64,000 bases of DNA from an uncultured cyanobacterium. Its GTDB lineage: Bacteria > Cyanobacteriota > Cyanobacteriia > PCC-9006 > JAAUQQ01. A program made the translations under genes and the position numbers. Positions 40,759 through 50,119 of the stretch are shown here, in pieces. The DNA is taken from positions 5,280,001 to 5,344,000 of the forward strand of contig OY970368.1 in NCBI GenBank assembly GCA_963718615.1, written 5' to 3'. The notes under the pieces are model-generated. The model saw nothing but the letters and a program-made list of their open reading frames with translations, was not told where the DNA came from and did not search any database. How positions within the stretch are numbered: the stretch's first letter is position 1; every line of letters starts with the position of its first letter.

Positions 40759-42618
40759 ATGGCTCGGGGACTTTTGGAGATAGGGCGATCCGTAGGCGCT
40801 TGGCAACGCCAATCGCGTCTCTCGAAACGCATTGTGCTGTCGGTTTTTGCTGCGATCGTGGGCATTGAAACCGTGATCCTGATTCCCTCGGTCTACCGGC
40901 GGGAGCAAGAATTATTAGCCCATCTCCAAGAATTGTCTGCTGCCACGCTGCAAGGTATTTTGAGCGAGGCTGCGCCCAATCTGGATCAACTGTCTCCGGC
41001 GACGGTTTTGGATTGGGTGCGTCGGGCACAGCCGTTGCCCCAGGTGCGGGGCGGAACCCTGTACACCGCCCAAGGGCAGCGGGTGGGCTCCTTTGGCGAA
41101 GCACCAGTTTTGACCTTTGACCAAGTGCAGTCCCAAACCCATCGCACCTGGCTGGACCGGCGACAGCGCCGCTATGATGCCCTCTGGCAAATGTCGCCCT
41201 TGGAGGGTCGTTATCTGCTGATCGTTCGCCATGACACCACGGGCATCCAGGCCAAAGTTGTTGCCTTTATTGGGCGGATTGCAGGGCTGGTGGTGCTGAT
41301 CTCTGGGGTGGTGACCTGGGCGACGCTGGTGGTGTTGCAGTCAATTTTGATTGCGCCAATTTTGGCTTTACGTGACGATTTGTTGCGAGCAGCACCCGCT
41401 GCTCTCCAGGAGTCTTCGTTGGCCCCGCCAGAGTTTGCTTCCTCGGCGATCGCCCATCAAGATGACGAACTGGGCGAAGTGGTGATGGCCTTCCAGGAGA
41501 TGTTCGCGCAGATTTATCAGGCGATCGCCGAACGCCGCCAAGCGGAACAAAGCCTGCGGGAAAGCGAGACCCGATTTCGGACCTTGGTGGAACAGGCGGC
41601 GGAGGGCATTTTTGTGCTCGATCGCCAGGGAAACATCATTGACGTCAACCAGTTTGCGGCTCAGACGCTGGGCTATGGCCGAGATGAGCTTCTCCAGCTA
41701 TCCGTGGCGGATATTCATCCCCACTTTGACCCGCAGCAATTTGAGCAGCTTTGGCAGCAACTGAGTCAAGGCAAAACCAAAACCTTTGAAACGGAACATC
41801 AGCGGCAAAATGGAACGATTTTTCCGGTGGAGATCCGGGCGGGGATCATTATGACCGGGGGACAGCAGTTTGCCCTGGGGCTGGTGCGTGACATTAGCGA
41901 ACGGCGTCAAGCCGAAAAAGTGCGAACCCGCTTGGCGGAAATTGGCGAGCTGGCGGCGATGATTGTCCATGAGGTGCGTAATCCGCTGGCCACGGTGTTT
42001 ATGGCGCTGACGGGATTTAAGCGTTTTGATCTGCCTCGGGCAGGACAATTGCGACTCGAATTAGCCCTGGACGAAGCGGAGCGACTGCAGCGGTTGCTCA
42101 ACGAAATTTTGGCCTACGCGAAAGAACAGCGGTTGGCCGATGAGGCGATCGCCCTCAATGACCTGGTGGCCGGCCTAGTCGAACGGCTGCAAGGGCTCCC
42201 CGTCGCGCAAAAGCGAGGGATTCAGGTGTCGATGCCGGAGACCCGGATTTGGGTGCGGGGCGATCGCGACAAGCTCAAACAGGTGTTTATTAATTTGATT
42301 ACCAATGCCTGCGAAGCGATCCCAGAGGGCGAAACCGTCCATTGGTGGATCGAAACCGAGGCCCAGCAGGTGAAAATTTGCGTGCGCAATGGCGGTGAGC
42401 CGATCCCGCCGGAGATTTTGCCCAAGCTGACCCAGCCCTTTGTTTCGACCAAGGCTTCCGGGAATGGGTTGGGATTGGCGATTACCAAGCGGATTGTGGA
42501 GGCCCATGGGGGGAGGTTGGCGATCGCCTCCGATGGGGAAACCGGGACAACGATTACCGTTGTATTACCATCCGCACCTGACCTATCGAATCAAGAAGAA
42601 ACGCTACAAAATCCCTAA
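40759..42618 (+). CDS. Membrane sensor histidine kinase (HAMP, PAS, HisKA, HATPase)
   Basis: DELG HAMP, RFRTLVEQ PAS, HEVRNPL, QVFINLITNA and GNGLGLAI motifs. Confidence 0.95.
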   Translation: MARGLLEIGRSVGAWQRQSRLSKRIVLSVFAAIVGIETVILIPSVYRREQELLAHLQELSAATLQGILSEAAPNLDQLSPATVLDWVRRAQPLPQVRGGTLYTAQGQRVGSFGEAPVLTFDQVQSQTHRTWLDRRQRRYDALWQMSPLEGRYLLIVRHDTTGIQAKVVAFIGRIAGLVVLISGVVTWATLVVLQSILIAPILALRDDLLRAAPAALQESSLAPPEFASSAIAHQDDELGEVVMAFQEMFAQIYQAIAERRQAEQSLRESETRFRTLVEQAAEGIFVLDRQGNIIDVNQFAAQTLGYGRDELLQLSVADIHPHFDPQQFEQLWQQLSQGKTKTFETEHQRQNGTIFPVEIRAGIIMTGGQQFALGLVRDISERRQAEKVRTRLAEIGELAAMIVHEVRNPLATVFMALTGFKRFDLPRAGQLRLELALDEAERLQRLLNEILAYAKEQRLADEAIALNDLVAGLVERLQGLPVAQKRGIQVSMPETRIWVRGDRDKLKQVFINLITNACEAIPEGETVHWWIETEAQQVKICVRNGGEPIPPEILPKLTQPFVSTKASGNGLGLAITKRIVEAHGGRLAIASDGETGTTITVVLPSAPDLSNQEETLQNP

Positions 42619-42760
42619 GATTCGCGTTTTTCTGGGGGAAAGTGGTAGGTTGACTGGCAGGGTTTCTTCTATCAATCTTTTTGTCTCCGTGCAGCCGTCG
42701 TCCTTGCAGCCGCCTCTCTTACAGAATCCTTCCCTCTCCCACCCCCAGGCCAGTCCAGCG

Positions 42761-43624
42761 ATGACAGCGGCTTCGGGATGGCAGGGGCAGTTGCGATTGC
42801 GCTATGGCTATGATGGCCAACGCACCGCTATTCGTCAGCAATATACCCAGGCTCCCCTGCGACTCCAGCGTCCGTTTTATCCCGAAGGCCCTGGGATTTG
42901 TCAAACGGTAGTTGTTCATACAGCAGGGGGCATGGTGGGAGGCGATCGCCTCACCTTCGATCTGAGCCTCGATCCCCAAGCCCAGGTGCTCCTAACCACC
43001 GCCGCCGCCAGCAAAATCTATCGGAGCACCGGCCCAGAAGCCCAGCAAACGGTCAACGCCAACGTCGCCGCCGGAGCCTGTTTGGAGTGGTTGCCCCAGG
43101 AAACCATTGTGTTTGACCAGGCCCGCTATCGGCAAAGCCTTCGCGTCAACCTAGAACCGGGCGCGCAGTGGTTGGGCTGGGAGGTGACGCGGCTAGGGCG
43201 GACGGCGCGGGGGGAACAGTTTTTGGCGGGAGATTGGCGATCGCGCACCGAGGTCTGGCAGGGCGAAAAACCGCTGTGGATCGATCGGCAATGGCTGTCC
43301 GGTAGCCCCGCACAATGGCACAGTCCCCATGGTTTAGCTGGTTGTCCGATTGTGGCTAGCTTGGCCTGGGTCGGGGTCGCCGTGGATGCCGCTTGGGTGG
43401 AACAATTACGGCAGATGGGTTTGCAACAATTAGGGCTCAACACCTTTGGACTCTCACCCTCGGGCGACCAGATCGGCGTCACGCGATTACCCTTGGGATT
43501 GCTTTGCCGATATCGCGGGCATTCCAGCTCAGGAGTACGGCGTTGGTTTATTGCGGTATGGCAAGCCATTCGTCAAGAACGACTGGGGGGGCGATCGCCA
43601 ATTCCAAGAGTTTGGAGTCTATAA
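42761..43624 (+). CDS. ureD: Urease accessory protein UreD
   Basis: APLRLQRPFYPEG, HTAGGMVGGD, TTAAASKIYRS, LEWLPQETI and PRVW motifs. Confidence 0.96.
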   Translation: MTAASGWQGQLRLRYGYDGQRTAIRQQYTQAPLRLQRPFYPEGPGICQTVVVHTAGGMVGGDRLTFDLSLDPQAQVLLTTAAASKIYRSTGPEAQQTVNANVAAGACLEWLPQETIVFDQARYRQSLRVNLEPGAQWLGWEVTRLGRTARGEQFLAGDWRSRTEVWQGEKPLWIDRQWLSGSPAQWHSPHGLAGCPIVASLAWVGVAVDAAWVEQLRQMGLQQLGLNTFGLSPSGDQIGVTRLPLGLLCRYRGHSSSGVRRWFIAVWQAIRQERLGGRSPIPRVWSL

Positions 43625-43652
43625 ATATCAGGATTAAGAAAGGACAAAAAAC

Positions 43653-43955
43653 ATGCAGTTAACGCCTCAGGAAAAAGACAAACTCTTAATTTTTACCGCA
43701 GCCTTGGTTGCGGAACGGCGTAAGGCGAGGGGGCTGAAGCTGAATTATCCCGAGGCGATCGCCTACATTTCCGCCGCCATTTTAGAAGGGGCTAGGGATG
43801 GCCAAACCGTTGCCGAATTAATGAGCTATGGCACCACGCTTTTGAGTCGAGAAGATGTTATGGATGGCATTTCAGAGATGATTCCTGAGGTGCAGGTAGA
43901 GGCCACATTCCCCGATGGTACGAAGTTAGTTACCGTTCATCAGCCGATTCGTTAG
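43653..43955 (+). CDS. ureA: Urease gamma subunit
   Basis: [12 protein letters not shown]...LNYPEA...[18 protein letters not shown]. Confidence 0.99.
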   Translation: MQLTPQEKDKLLIFTAALVAERRKARGLKLNYPEAIAYISAAILEGARDGQTVAELMSYGTTLLSREDVMDGISEMIPEVQVEATFPDGTKLVTVHQPIR

Positions 43956-43988
43956 CCGATTTGTTAGCCGATTTGTTAGCCGTTCGTT
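43942..43988. repeat. 12-bp tandem repeat (about 4 copies) spanning the ureA stop codon
   Basis: AGCCGATTCGTT AGCCGATTTGTT AGCCGATTTGTT AGCCGTTCGTT. Confidence 0.85.
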
Positions 43989-44000
43989 AAGGATATCCCG

Positions 44001-44732
44001 ATGACAGGCATTCCCCAAGCACTCCAACCCTATCAACGATCGACTTGGAAACCCCAAACCAAAGCGGCAGCGGGTCCGCGTCTGCATTCCAAATTTGCCG
44101 GACAGCCTTGGATTCCCCCCGGCGAACCCTGGCCCGAATGCCCCCACTGTGCTGAACCGATGCAGTTGTTTCTACAGCTTAATCTCAACCAAATTCCCGA
44201 GTCTCTCCAGGCTGAACTGGGCAATACAGGGCTCTTGCAATTGTTTTACTGCGTGAATGATGATCCCCATTGCGAAGTCGAATGCGAAGCCTGGTTCCCC
44301 TTTGCCCAAAGTACAATGGCTCGAATTCTCCATCCCAATTCCCCCGATGCCGACTCTGAGGAACATAACGTGGAAGGGTCATTTCCCGAGCAGGTGATCA
44401 TTGGCTGGGAAGAGCTGATCGATTACCCTGATCCCGAAGAAGCAGAACTGATGGGGGTATATTTGTCTGATGAAGACTGGGATGCTCTAGAGCAGCTTGA
44501 GGAGTCTGGGAACAGCATTCCCCACGGTGGCGATAAGCTCTCCGGTTGGCCTTTTTGGGTACAGTCGGTAGAGTATCCGGATTGTCCGGTGTGTGGCGAT
44601 CGCATGCGTCTGGTGTTCCAACTGGATTCCGAAGATCATTTACCCTATATGTTTGGTGATGCGGGTTGTGGCCATTTGACCCAGTGCGAGCGCCACCGCG
44701 ATCAATTGGCGTTTGGTTGGGCCTGTGCTTAG
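44001..44732 (+). CDS. DUF1963/YwqG-like protein inserted between ureA and ureB
   Basis: SKFAGQP, WPECPHC..PMQLFLQLNL, GLLQLFYC, KLSGWPFWVQ and FQLDS...MFGDAG motifs. Confidence 0.85.
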   Translation: MTGIPQALQPYQRSTWKPQTKAAAGPRLHSKFAGQPWIPPGEPWPECPHCAEPMQLFLQLNLNQIPESLQAELGNTGLLQLFYCVNDDPHCEVECEAWFPFAQSTMARILHPNSPDADSEEHNVEGSFPEQVIIGWEELIDYPDPEEAELMGVYLSDEDWDALEQLEESGNSIPHGGDKLSGWPFWVQSVEYPDCPVCGDRMRLVFQLDSEDHLPYMFGDAGCGHLTQCERHRDQLAFGWACA

Positions 44733-44791
44733 GTTATTTTCAGTCGATTTCAGGCCGTTTAATCAATATATAACTTTGGAGAGAGACCCGA

Positions 44792-45097
44792 ATGATTCCT
44801 GGTGAACTGTTTGTGGATGAGGGTGAGATTGAGTTAAATGTGGGTCGCGAAGCGGTCGTTATTTTTGTGGCGAATACGGGCGATCGCCCTATCCAAGTCG
44901 GTTCCCATTTCCACTTTTTTGAGGTGAATGAAGCCTTGCGATTCGAGCGCGATGTGGCCAAGGGAATGCGATTAGATATTCCGGCTGGAACGGCGGTGCG
45001 TTTTGAGCCGGGAGATGAGCGGGAGGTGACGCTGGTTGCCCTCGCTGGTAGCCGCGAGGTTTATGGATTTAATGCGCTTGTTGAGGGGCCGGTTTAA
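44792..45097 (+). CDS. ureB: Urease beta subunit
   Basis: MIPGE...[19 protein letters not shown]...[15 protein letters not shown]. Confidence 0.99.
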   Translation: MIPGELFVDEGEIELNVGREAVVIFVANTGDRPIQVGSHFHFFEVNEALRFERDVAKGMRLDIPAGTAVRFEPGDEREVTLVALAGSREVYGFNALVEGPV

Positions 45098-45200
45098 AGC
45101 AATAAAGGTGTGTCTTGCTACAGCGATGTCGCTTGGGCAGCCTGGGCCATCCAGACCAAATCTCCTAAAACTGCGTCGATGGGGGGCAAGGGATAAACCG

Positions 45201-45459
45201 CGATGCCTGTCCAAGTGTTAAATCGCAACGAAAGAAAAATAGCTAGCCCCTGGAGATATCTCACAAAGAGAGTTTCAGCCTCTCTAAAGGCGAAGTCAGG
45301 GCTGTCTCCATTCTCAATAGCTCACCTTTGTTGAGAAAATCGGTGGTTGTCTGGGGCAAAAAAATCTGGGCCAGAGAAAAAATATCTGGAAAATCTCAAC
45401 GAAGTCACAAGGGTTTCAGATTTTTCTTTTTCCTGAGAAAAACACTTGGACAGGCATCG
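45201..45459. mobile_element. 259-bp MITE with 19-bp perfect TIRs and a 9-bp target duplication
   Basis: TIRs CGATGCCTGTCCAAGTGTT (45201-45219) and AACACTTGGACAGGCATCG (45441-45459); GATAAACCG on both sides (45192-45200, 45460-45468). No transposase ORF. Confidence 0.9.
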
Positions 45460-45553
45460 GATAAACCGCTAAATCACTTCTTATCACTCTCGTCTTCAAT
45501 CGTAGTTGGGGATTGTAGGCGATCGTCTCTTCTAGACGGTCTGAATCTACTTT

Positions 45554-47392
45554 TTATGGAGTGTTGATTTGAGCCATGAATGACTTAAATGATTCCTGTA
45601 TCATCTCGACAGCTTTCGCTTTTCCCGGCTCGTTCAAATCATGCATATCTACACATAATTGTCGCAGGTCGGAAAGTACCTGAAGGAGGAAAGACTCGGT
45701 AAAATTAGAGCGATTCTCTGGAAAGAGAGACCGAACCCTTTGATAGCATATAATAGATTCCCCGTATCGCTTCTGCTGTCGAAGCACATAACCATATCCT
45801 TGCCAAGACCAGTGAGAGTTGGGCTTAAGTTTAAGAGCCTTTTCGTAACTTGTTAGTGCAGCTTCATACCTTGTTAACTCGAATAAACAACGTCCTCGAT
45901 TGTCCCAGGCACAAGAGTAGGAAGGATTTAGTTCAATGGCTTTATCAAAACAGACTAATGCTTGCTCATATCGTGACTGATGCTTGAGCGTGTAACCTTT
46001 ACCGTGCCAAGCCCAGTCGTAGTCAGGCTTCAGTTCGATCGCTCGGTCATAGCTGGCAATGGCTTCTTCATAACGACCTAGCTCATTAAGCGCATAGCCT
46101 CGTTCACCCCAAGCATAGGAGGAGGAGGGTTCTATCTCGATCGCCTTGTCGTAGCTGGCAATTTCTTCTTCGTGTCGCTTCAGTTCCCTGAGAGAGAGTC
46201 CTCGGTTTTTCCAAGCCAAGTAACTGCGAGGTCTACTTGCAAGGACTCGATCATACTTTCTGAGCGCATCCTGATACTTGCCTGCTTCACGCAATTCGTT
46301 CCCCCACTGCATCCAAGCCCCAGATAGGTGCAATTCCTGCAGGAAACATAGCATAATGTATGCTGCGCATGCGCAAATGAACTCCATTAGAAGAAAACCC
46401 AGAACATTGCCGGGAATCACTTGGAGAATAGATATTGTAGTTGCTACTAAGAAGGCCAATACTACTACTATGCGTAAACAATGATCAAGCTGACGACGCC
46501 AAGGCATCCCATTCCACGGCGCTAGAGGATACCGAGCCAAGATCGATTCAGTTACCGTTAGAGCATCAGCCTCAACCGCAACAGGAACAGCAGGCGGACT
46601 TTGCAGCGCCTTCAGCGCCTCAGCCGCACTCTTAAATCGCTGGGCCACAATCGGCTCAATCAAACGTTCAATCCACTGAGCCACAGGGGGAGACAGCGAC
46701 GCATTACCTCGCACATCCAGCTTGAGATCATCCGTCATCAGATCCGCCGGATGTTGTCCCGTCGCCACATGCGCCAGCGTCATCCCCAAACCATACAAAT
46801 CCGACGAGGGCAACGCCCGCCCCATAAACTGCTCCGGAGCCATGTAGCCATAGGTCCCCACCACCGTAAACGTACCGCTTCCCTTGCTGACCGGCGTCTG
46901 TACCGAACCAAAATCCACCAGATAGACCTGCCCCACATGGTTACCCGAGCGATTGGTCAGGAGAATATTGCTCGGCTTGATGTCCCGGTGAATCACAGGA
47001 GGATGGCGATCGTGGAGATAGCTCAGCGTCTCTAGAATCGACTCTGCGATTTGCTTGAGCTCAAGCTCCGTGAAGCTTCGCCCCGCTTGGATGTGTTCTG
47101 TGAGCGATCGCGCCTCAATGTAACTCTGAACTAAAACAAACTCCTGCTCCCCCCCATCCATCTCAAAGAAATCTAGGAATTTAGGGATTTGAGGATGTTC
47201 CAGCGCCTGAAGGGTCTTAGCCTCCCGCTCAAACAACTTGAGCGAGTCCCAGCTAAATTCAGCGCCAAACCGCAGCATTTTCAGCACAACCGGCTGATCA
47301 AACGTTTGGTCTAGCGCGAGCCAGGTTTGCCGCCCAGCCTTATGGCTGAGCTGCTGCGTGAGTTTGTAGCGATCGCGAATCAGCCTTCCCAT
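45554..47392 (-). CDS. Ser/Thr protein kinase with two TM segments and TPR repeats
   Basis: IHRDIKPSNIL, DFG, GTYGYMAPEQ and SDLYGLG; C-terminal AW..RG...YEEAIASYDKAIE TPR repeats. Confidence 0.95.
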   Translation of the reverse strand: MGRLIRDRYKLTQQLSHKAGRQTWLALDQTFDQPVVLKMLRFGAEFSWDSLKLFEREAKTLQALEHPQIPKFLDFFEMDGGEQEFVLVQSYIEARSLTEHIQAGRSFTELELKQIAESILETLSYLHDRHPPVIHRDIKPSNILLTNRSGNHVGQVYLVDFGSVQTPVSKGSGTFTVVGTYGYMAPEQFMGRALPSSDLYGLGMTLAHVATGQHPADLMTDDLKLDVRGNASLSPPVAQWIERLIEPIVAQRFKSAAEALKALQSPPAVPVAVEADALTVTESILARYPLAPWNGMPWRRQLDHCLRIVVVLAFLVATTISILQVIPGNVLGFLLMEFICACAAYIMLCFLQELHLSGAWMQWGNELREAGKYQDALRKYDRVLASRPRSYLAWKNRGLSLRELKRHEEEIASYDKAIEIEPSSSYAWGERGYALNELGRYEEAIASYDRAIELKPDYDWAWHGKGYTLKHQSRYEQALVCFDKAIELNPSYSCAWDNRGRCLFELTRYEAALTSYEKALKLKPNSHWSWQGYGYVLRQQKRYGESIICYQRVRSLFPENRSNFTESFLLQVLSDLRQLCVDMHDLNEPGKAKAVEMIQESFKSFMAQINTP

Positions 47393-47455
47393 AGAACGGG
47401 CCTTGCAAGCGTCTATTCGTCTATCGGTCTGAGATTGATATAATATTCGGTACTC

Positions 47456-47593
47456 TTAGGAAGAGGATAGCGCAACAACTTCTTGTTGTTTGAGGCGATC
47501 GCCCATTTGATCCTCCACAACATCCAGATCGTAATCCATCTGTATGCCCAACCAAAATTGAGGCGATATGTTGAAATAAAGAGCTAAACGTAG
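47456..47593 (-). pseudogene. higA: HigA-type antitoxin C-terminal remnant
   Basis: My translation [34 protein letters not shown]...* matches the HigA C-terminal signature. The HTH half is missing and there is an in-frame stop just upstream. Confidence 0.75.
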
Positions 47594-47625
47594 TTTCTAC
47601 GGTATTAGTCCTTCGATTTCTGTTG

Positions 47626-47695
47626 CCATGCCCTACCCGATGAACCGCCGCGCCTACGCTGAAACCTATGGTCCGACCGTGGGCGATCGCCTCCG
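47626..47695 (+). repeat. Exact 70-bp copy of the ureC 5' end (second copy at 50118-50187)
   Basis: CCATGCCCTACCCGATGAACCGCCGC...GGGCGATCGCCTCCG is identical at both sites. It opens a 45-codon ORF at 47628-47765. Confidence 0.97.
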
Positions 47696-47769
47696 CCTAG
47701 CGGACGCAAGTAAAAACGCCTCGACATCTCCGCAGGCACCAAGCAGAACTAAGATGAAAGGATGAGTTG

Positions 47770-48153
47770 ATGGAAGAATTGACGGCAGAGGAGGTTTGGC
47801 AACGAGTGGGGCAAATCACCCTAGCGTATCCGTTGTTGGAGTGCGATCGCTGTGCCATAGCCGTCGCTCGCTGGCTGGAACGCTGGGAAGTGGACTATCG
47901 AATTTTACGGTTGAAGACAACGCGACGGCGGGAGATGTATATCACGAGCGATCGCCATAACAGGGATGAGTCTATCACGGAAAATGGGACACACTCTGGA
48001 GTGGAGGTGATGGGTCGAGTGTTTGACAACCTTTCCACGGATGGATTAGCAAGGGACGACTGGATTAGAGATTTCTAATGTTTGAGTGGCCAGTTTGTTG
48101 TCACTGAATTGTCGCTATCATCTTTTTTAATGGATCTGGAGGCTGAAACATGA
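47770..48153 (+). pseudogene. Papain-fold toxin (Tox-PL-2-like) with a premature TAA at 48076
   Basis: ECDRCA, SITENGTH.GVEV.GRVFDN and W..DF motifs. The frame stays open after the TAA (CLSGQFVV...) to a TGA at 48151-48153 that overlaps the next ATG. Confidence 0.72.
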
Positions 48154-48473
48154 CGGTATTTGAACTTTTAGAACGGATAAAGCAAAGTCCTGGTCTCTAT
48201 CTGGGGCGACCTTCAGTTCATGATTTGTTTGTCTTTTTAAATGGCTATGAAGCAGCTAGAGCAGATTTAGACGTGGCGCTGACGGCAGAAGAGGAGATTT
48301 TCTATGATGAGTTTCAGCCTTGGCTACAGCAGCGATTGGGCGTGCGGTCAGTGACCTCTTGGGCAAAGCTGATTATGTTATCCTGCCATGATGAAAGGGC
48401 CGGTTTTGAGCAGTTCTTTGAGTTGCTCAAGGTGTTTAAGCAGCGGGATGAGGCAGATGCGATGAGTGCTTAA
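48150..48473 (+). CDS. Probable cognate immunity/partner protein
   Basis: LLERIKQSPGLYLG..S...L..FLNGY...FQPWLQ...SW..LI...FFELL; ATGA-coupled to the toxin frame. Confidence 0.65.
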   Translation: MTVFELLERIKQSPGLYLGRPSVHDLFVFLNGYEAARADLDVALTAEEEIFYDEFQPWLQQRLGVRSVTSWAKLIMLSCHDERAGFEQFFELLKVFKQRDEADAMSA

Positions 48474-48755
48474 TCTAGGCAAACCAATCGCTCTGAGCCG
48501 ACTGGAAAACTTCATTATTTCCAGCCTCTGACCTTAAACTAGACCTCTTGCAGTAGCGCCACACTGGGATTCTAGTTCCACATATTTAGTCTTTTTATTG
48601 TACTAATCGGAGGTTGCTTGAGAGCAGGTTCAATCATGTATCAATCAAGATGCAAATAATAATGCAATAGTCTGTATTGAAATAAACTGAAGTGACCCCC
48701 AAAACCTGAACAGAAGCGAGAGAGAGTAAGCTAAAGTCTAGGAGGCAAAAGGGTC

Positions 48756-49058
48756 ATGGCAAAAAGACAGAGAAATTACAGCAGCGAGTTCAAGGCCAAG
48801 GTGGTACTGGAAATGGTCAGCGGCCAGCGGTCGCCGACGGAGGCAAGTCGAGCTCATAAGGTCCATCTATCAGTGCTATGCCGGTGGAAGAATGAATTTC
48901 TCAAGCAGGCCCATCGAGCATTTGAAGGGAAAGAATCAAATGACGAAGCCTCAGAGAGAATAAGCGAATTAGAAAGAATGATAGGTCGATTGACAATGGA
49001 GCTGGAAGTGTCAAAAAAAGCTTCGGATGTGTGGAACCTGAGCGGAAACGGAAAATGA
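48756..49058 (+). CDS. IS3 transposase OrfA (HTH)
   Basis: RNYSSEFKAKVVLE...RWK and a leucine zipper ending SKKA at the frameshift site. Confidence 0.93.
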   Translation: MAKRQRNYSSEFKAKVVLEMVSGQRSPTEASRAHKVHLSVLCRWKNEFLKQAHRAFEGKESNDEASERISELERMIGRLTMELEVSKKASDVWNLSGNGK

Positions 49059-49900
49059 TAGAGGAGTTCAAGGAAGACTATCCCATTCAAATTATTTGCG
49101 ATGTGATTGGATACAGTCGAAGCCGATATTACTACAAGCCGAAGTCAGAGAAAGAAGATGAAGACGAAAAGCTCAGAGTAGCGATTATCGAAGTTGCAGG
49201 AAGATATCCGACTTACGGTTACAGACGGATAACGAAACAACTTCAGCGAGAAGGATGGAGTGTCAACCATAAGCGAGTGAGTCGTCTGATGAGGCAGTTA
49301 GGTCTACTAGCTCAAAAGCGGGTGAGGCGGAAGCGAACGACGAACAGTGTGCATGGCTATCGGCGTTATCCAAATCTGGAGAAAGGGCTGTTGGTAATGC
49401 GTCCTGAGCAGGTGTGGGTGGCGGACATCACCTATATCCGCTTGAAGGAGGAGTTTGTCTATCTGGCAGTGGTGATGGATGTATTCACCCGCAGTATACG
49501 AGGATGGCACCTGGATAAGACAATGGAGAAGAGCTTGACGATAACAGCACTGGAGAAGGGATTGATGAAAGCAATTCCCGAGATACATCATTCAGATCAA
49601 GGGGTGCAATATGCAGCGAATGACTATGTAAAAATGTTGGAAGAACACAACGTTAAGATTAGTATGGCAGCTATCGGGAAAGCCTGGGAGAATGGATATG
49701 CGGAAAGATTAATGAGGACGATCAAAGAAGAGGAAGTAGACCTATCAGAATACCGAAACTTTAGTGAGGTCTATGAGCGAATAGAAGAGTTTCTAGAGGA
49801 AGTGTATATGAAGAAAAGAATCCACTCGTCATTGAGCTATTTGACACCGGCTGAATTTGAAGAAAAGTGGATGCGCGGGCAACAGAATGCAGAAGTGTGA
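49031..49900 (+). CDS. IS3 transposase OrfB (DDE integrase core)
   Basis: YGYRRI, WVADITYI, HSDQGVQY, ENGYAER...KEE and RIHSSL motifs. Confidence 0.95.
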   Translation: MEPERKRKMIEEFKEDYPIQIICDVIGYSRSRYYYKPKSEKEDEDEKLRVAIIEVAGRYPTYGYRRITKQLQREGWSVNHKRVSRLMRQLGLLAQKRVRRKRTTNSVHGYRRYPNLEKGLLVMRPEQVWVADITYIRLKEEFVYLAVVMDVFTRSIRGWHLDKTMEKSLTITALEKGLMKAIPEIHHSDQGVQYAANDYVKMLEEHNVKISMAAIGKAWENGYAERLMRTIKEEEVDLSEYRNFSEVYERIEEFLEEVYMKKRIHSSLSYLTPAEFEEKWMRGQQNAEV

Positions 49901-50119
49901 TAAAAGTAAAACAACTCTCGCTTAGGCCAGATCTTTCTGTCCAAAGGAAGGGGTTCACTTCAAACTTTTCTCTCCTTGAGAGCATGATTCTACTCTAGTC
50001 AGTCGTTCAACTTTTGTACCGATTCTTCTGTGAAAAGAGATCAACTTTCGTTCTACACTGAGGCTTGAGCCGCTACATTGATGCGGGCCAGTCTGCGCCG
50101 TTAATTTCTCTAATTGACC

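Larger units (their letters stand above)
48688..49962 (+). mobile_element. IS3-family insertion sequence (1275 bp)
   Basis: TG...CA ends with imperfect IRs (TGAAGTGACCCCC...ACAGAA; reverse complement of right end TGAAGTGAACCCC...ACAGAA), 3-bp AAC duplication (48685-87, 49963-65), and orfA/orfB with an A7G slippery site at 49013-49020. Confidence 0.95.

Noticed and set aside
42440-42760. N-terminal extension of UreD
   Set aside because: Overlaps the kinase gene; UreD similarity starts near 42761.
48474-50117. A gene interrupted by the IS3 element
   Set aside because: Rejoining the flanks gave only a 20-codon minus-strand ORF (MLSRREKFISIQTIALLFAS) with no recognisable homology.
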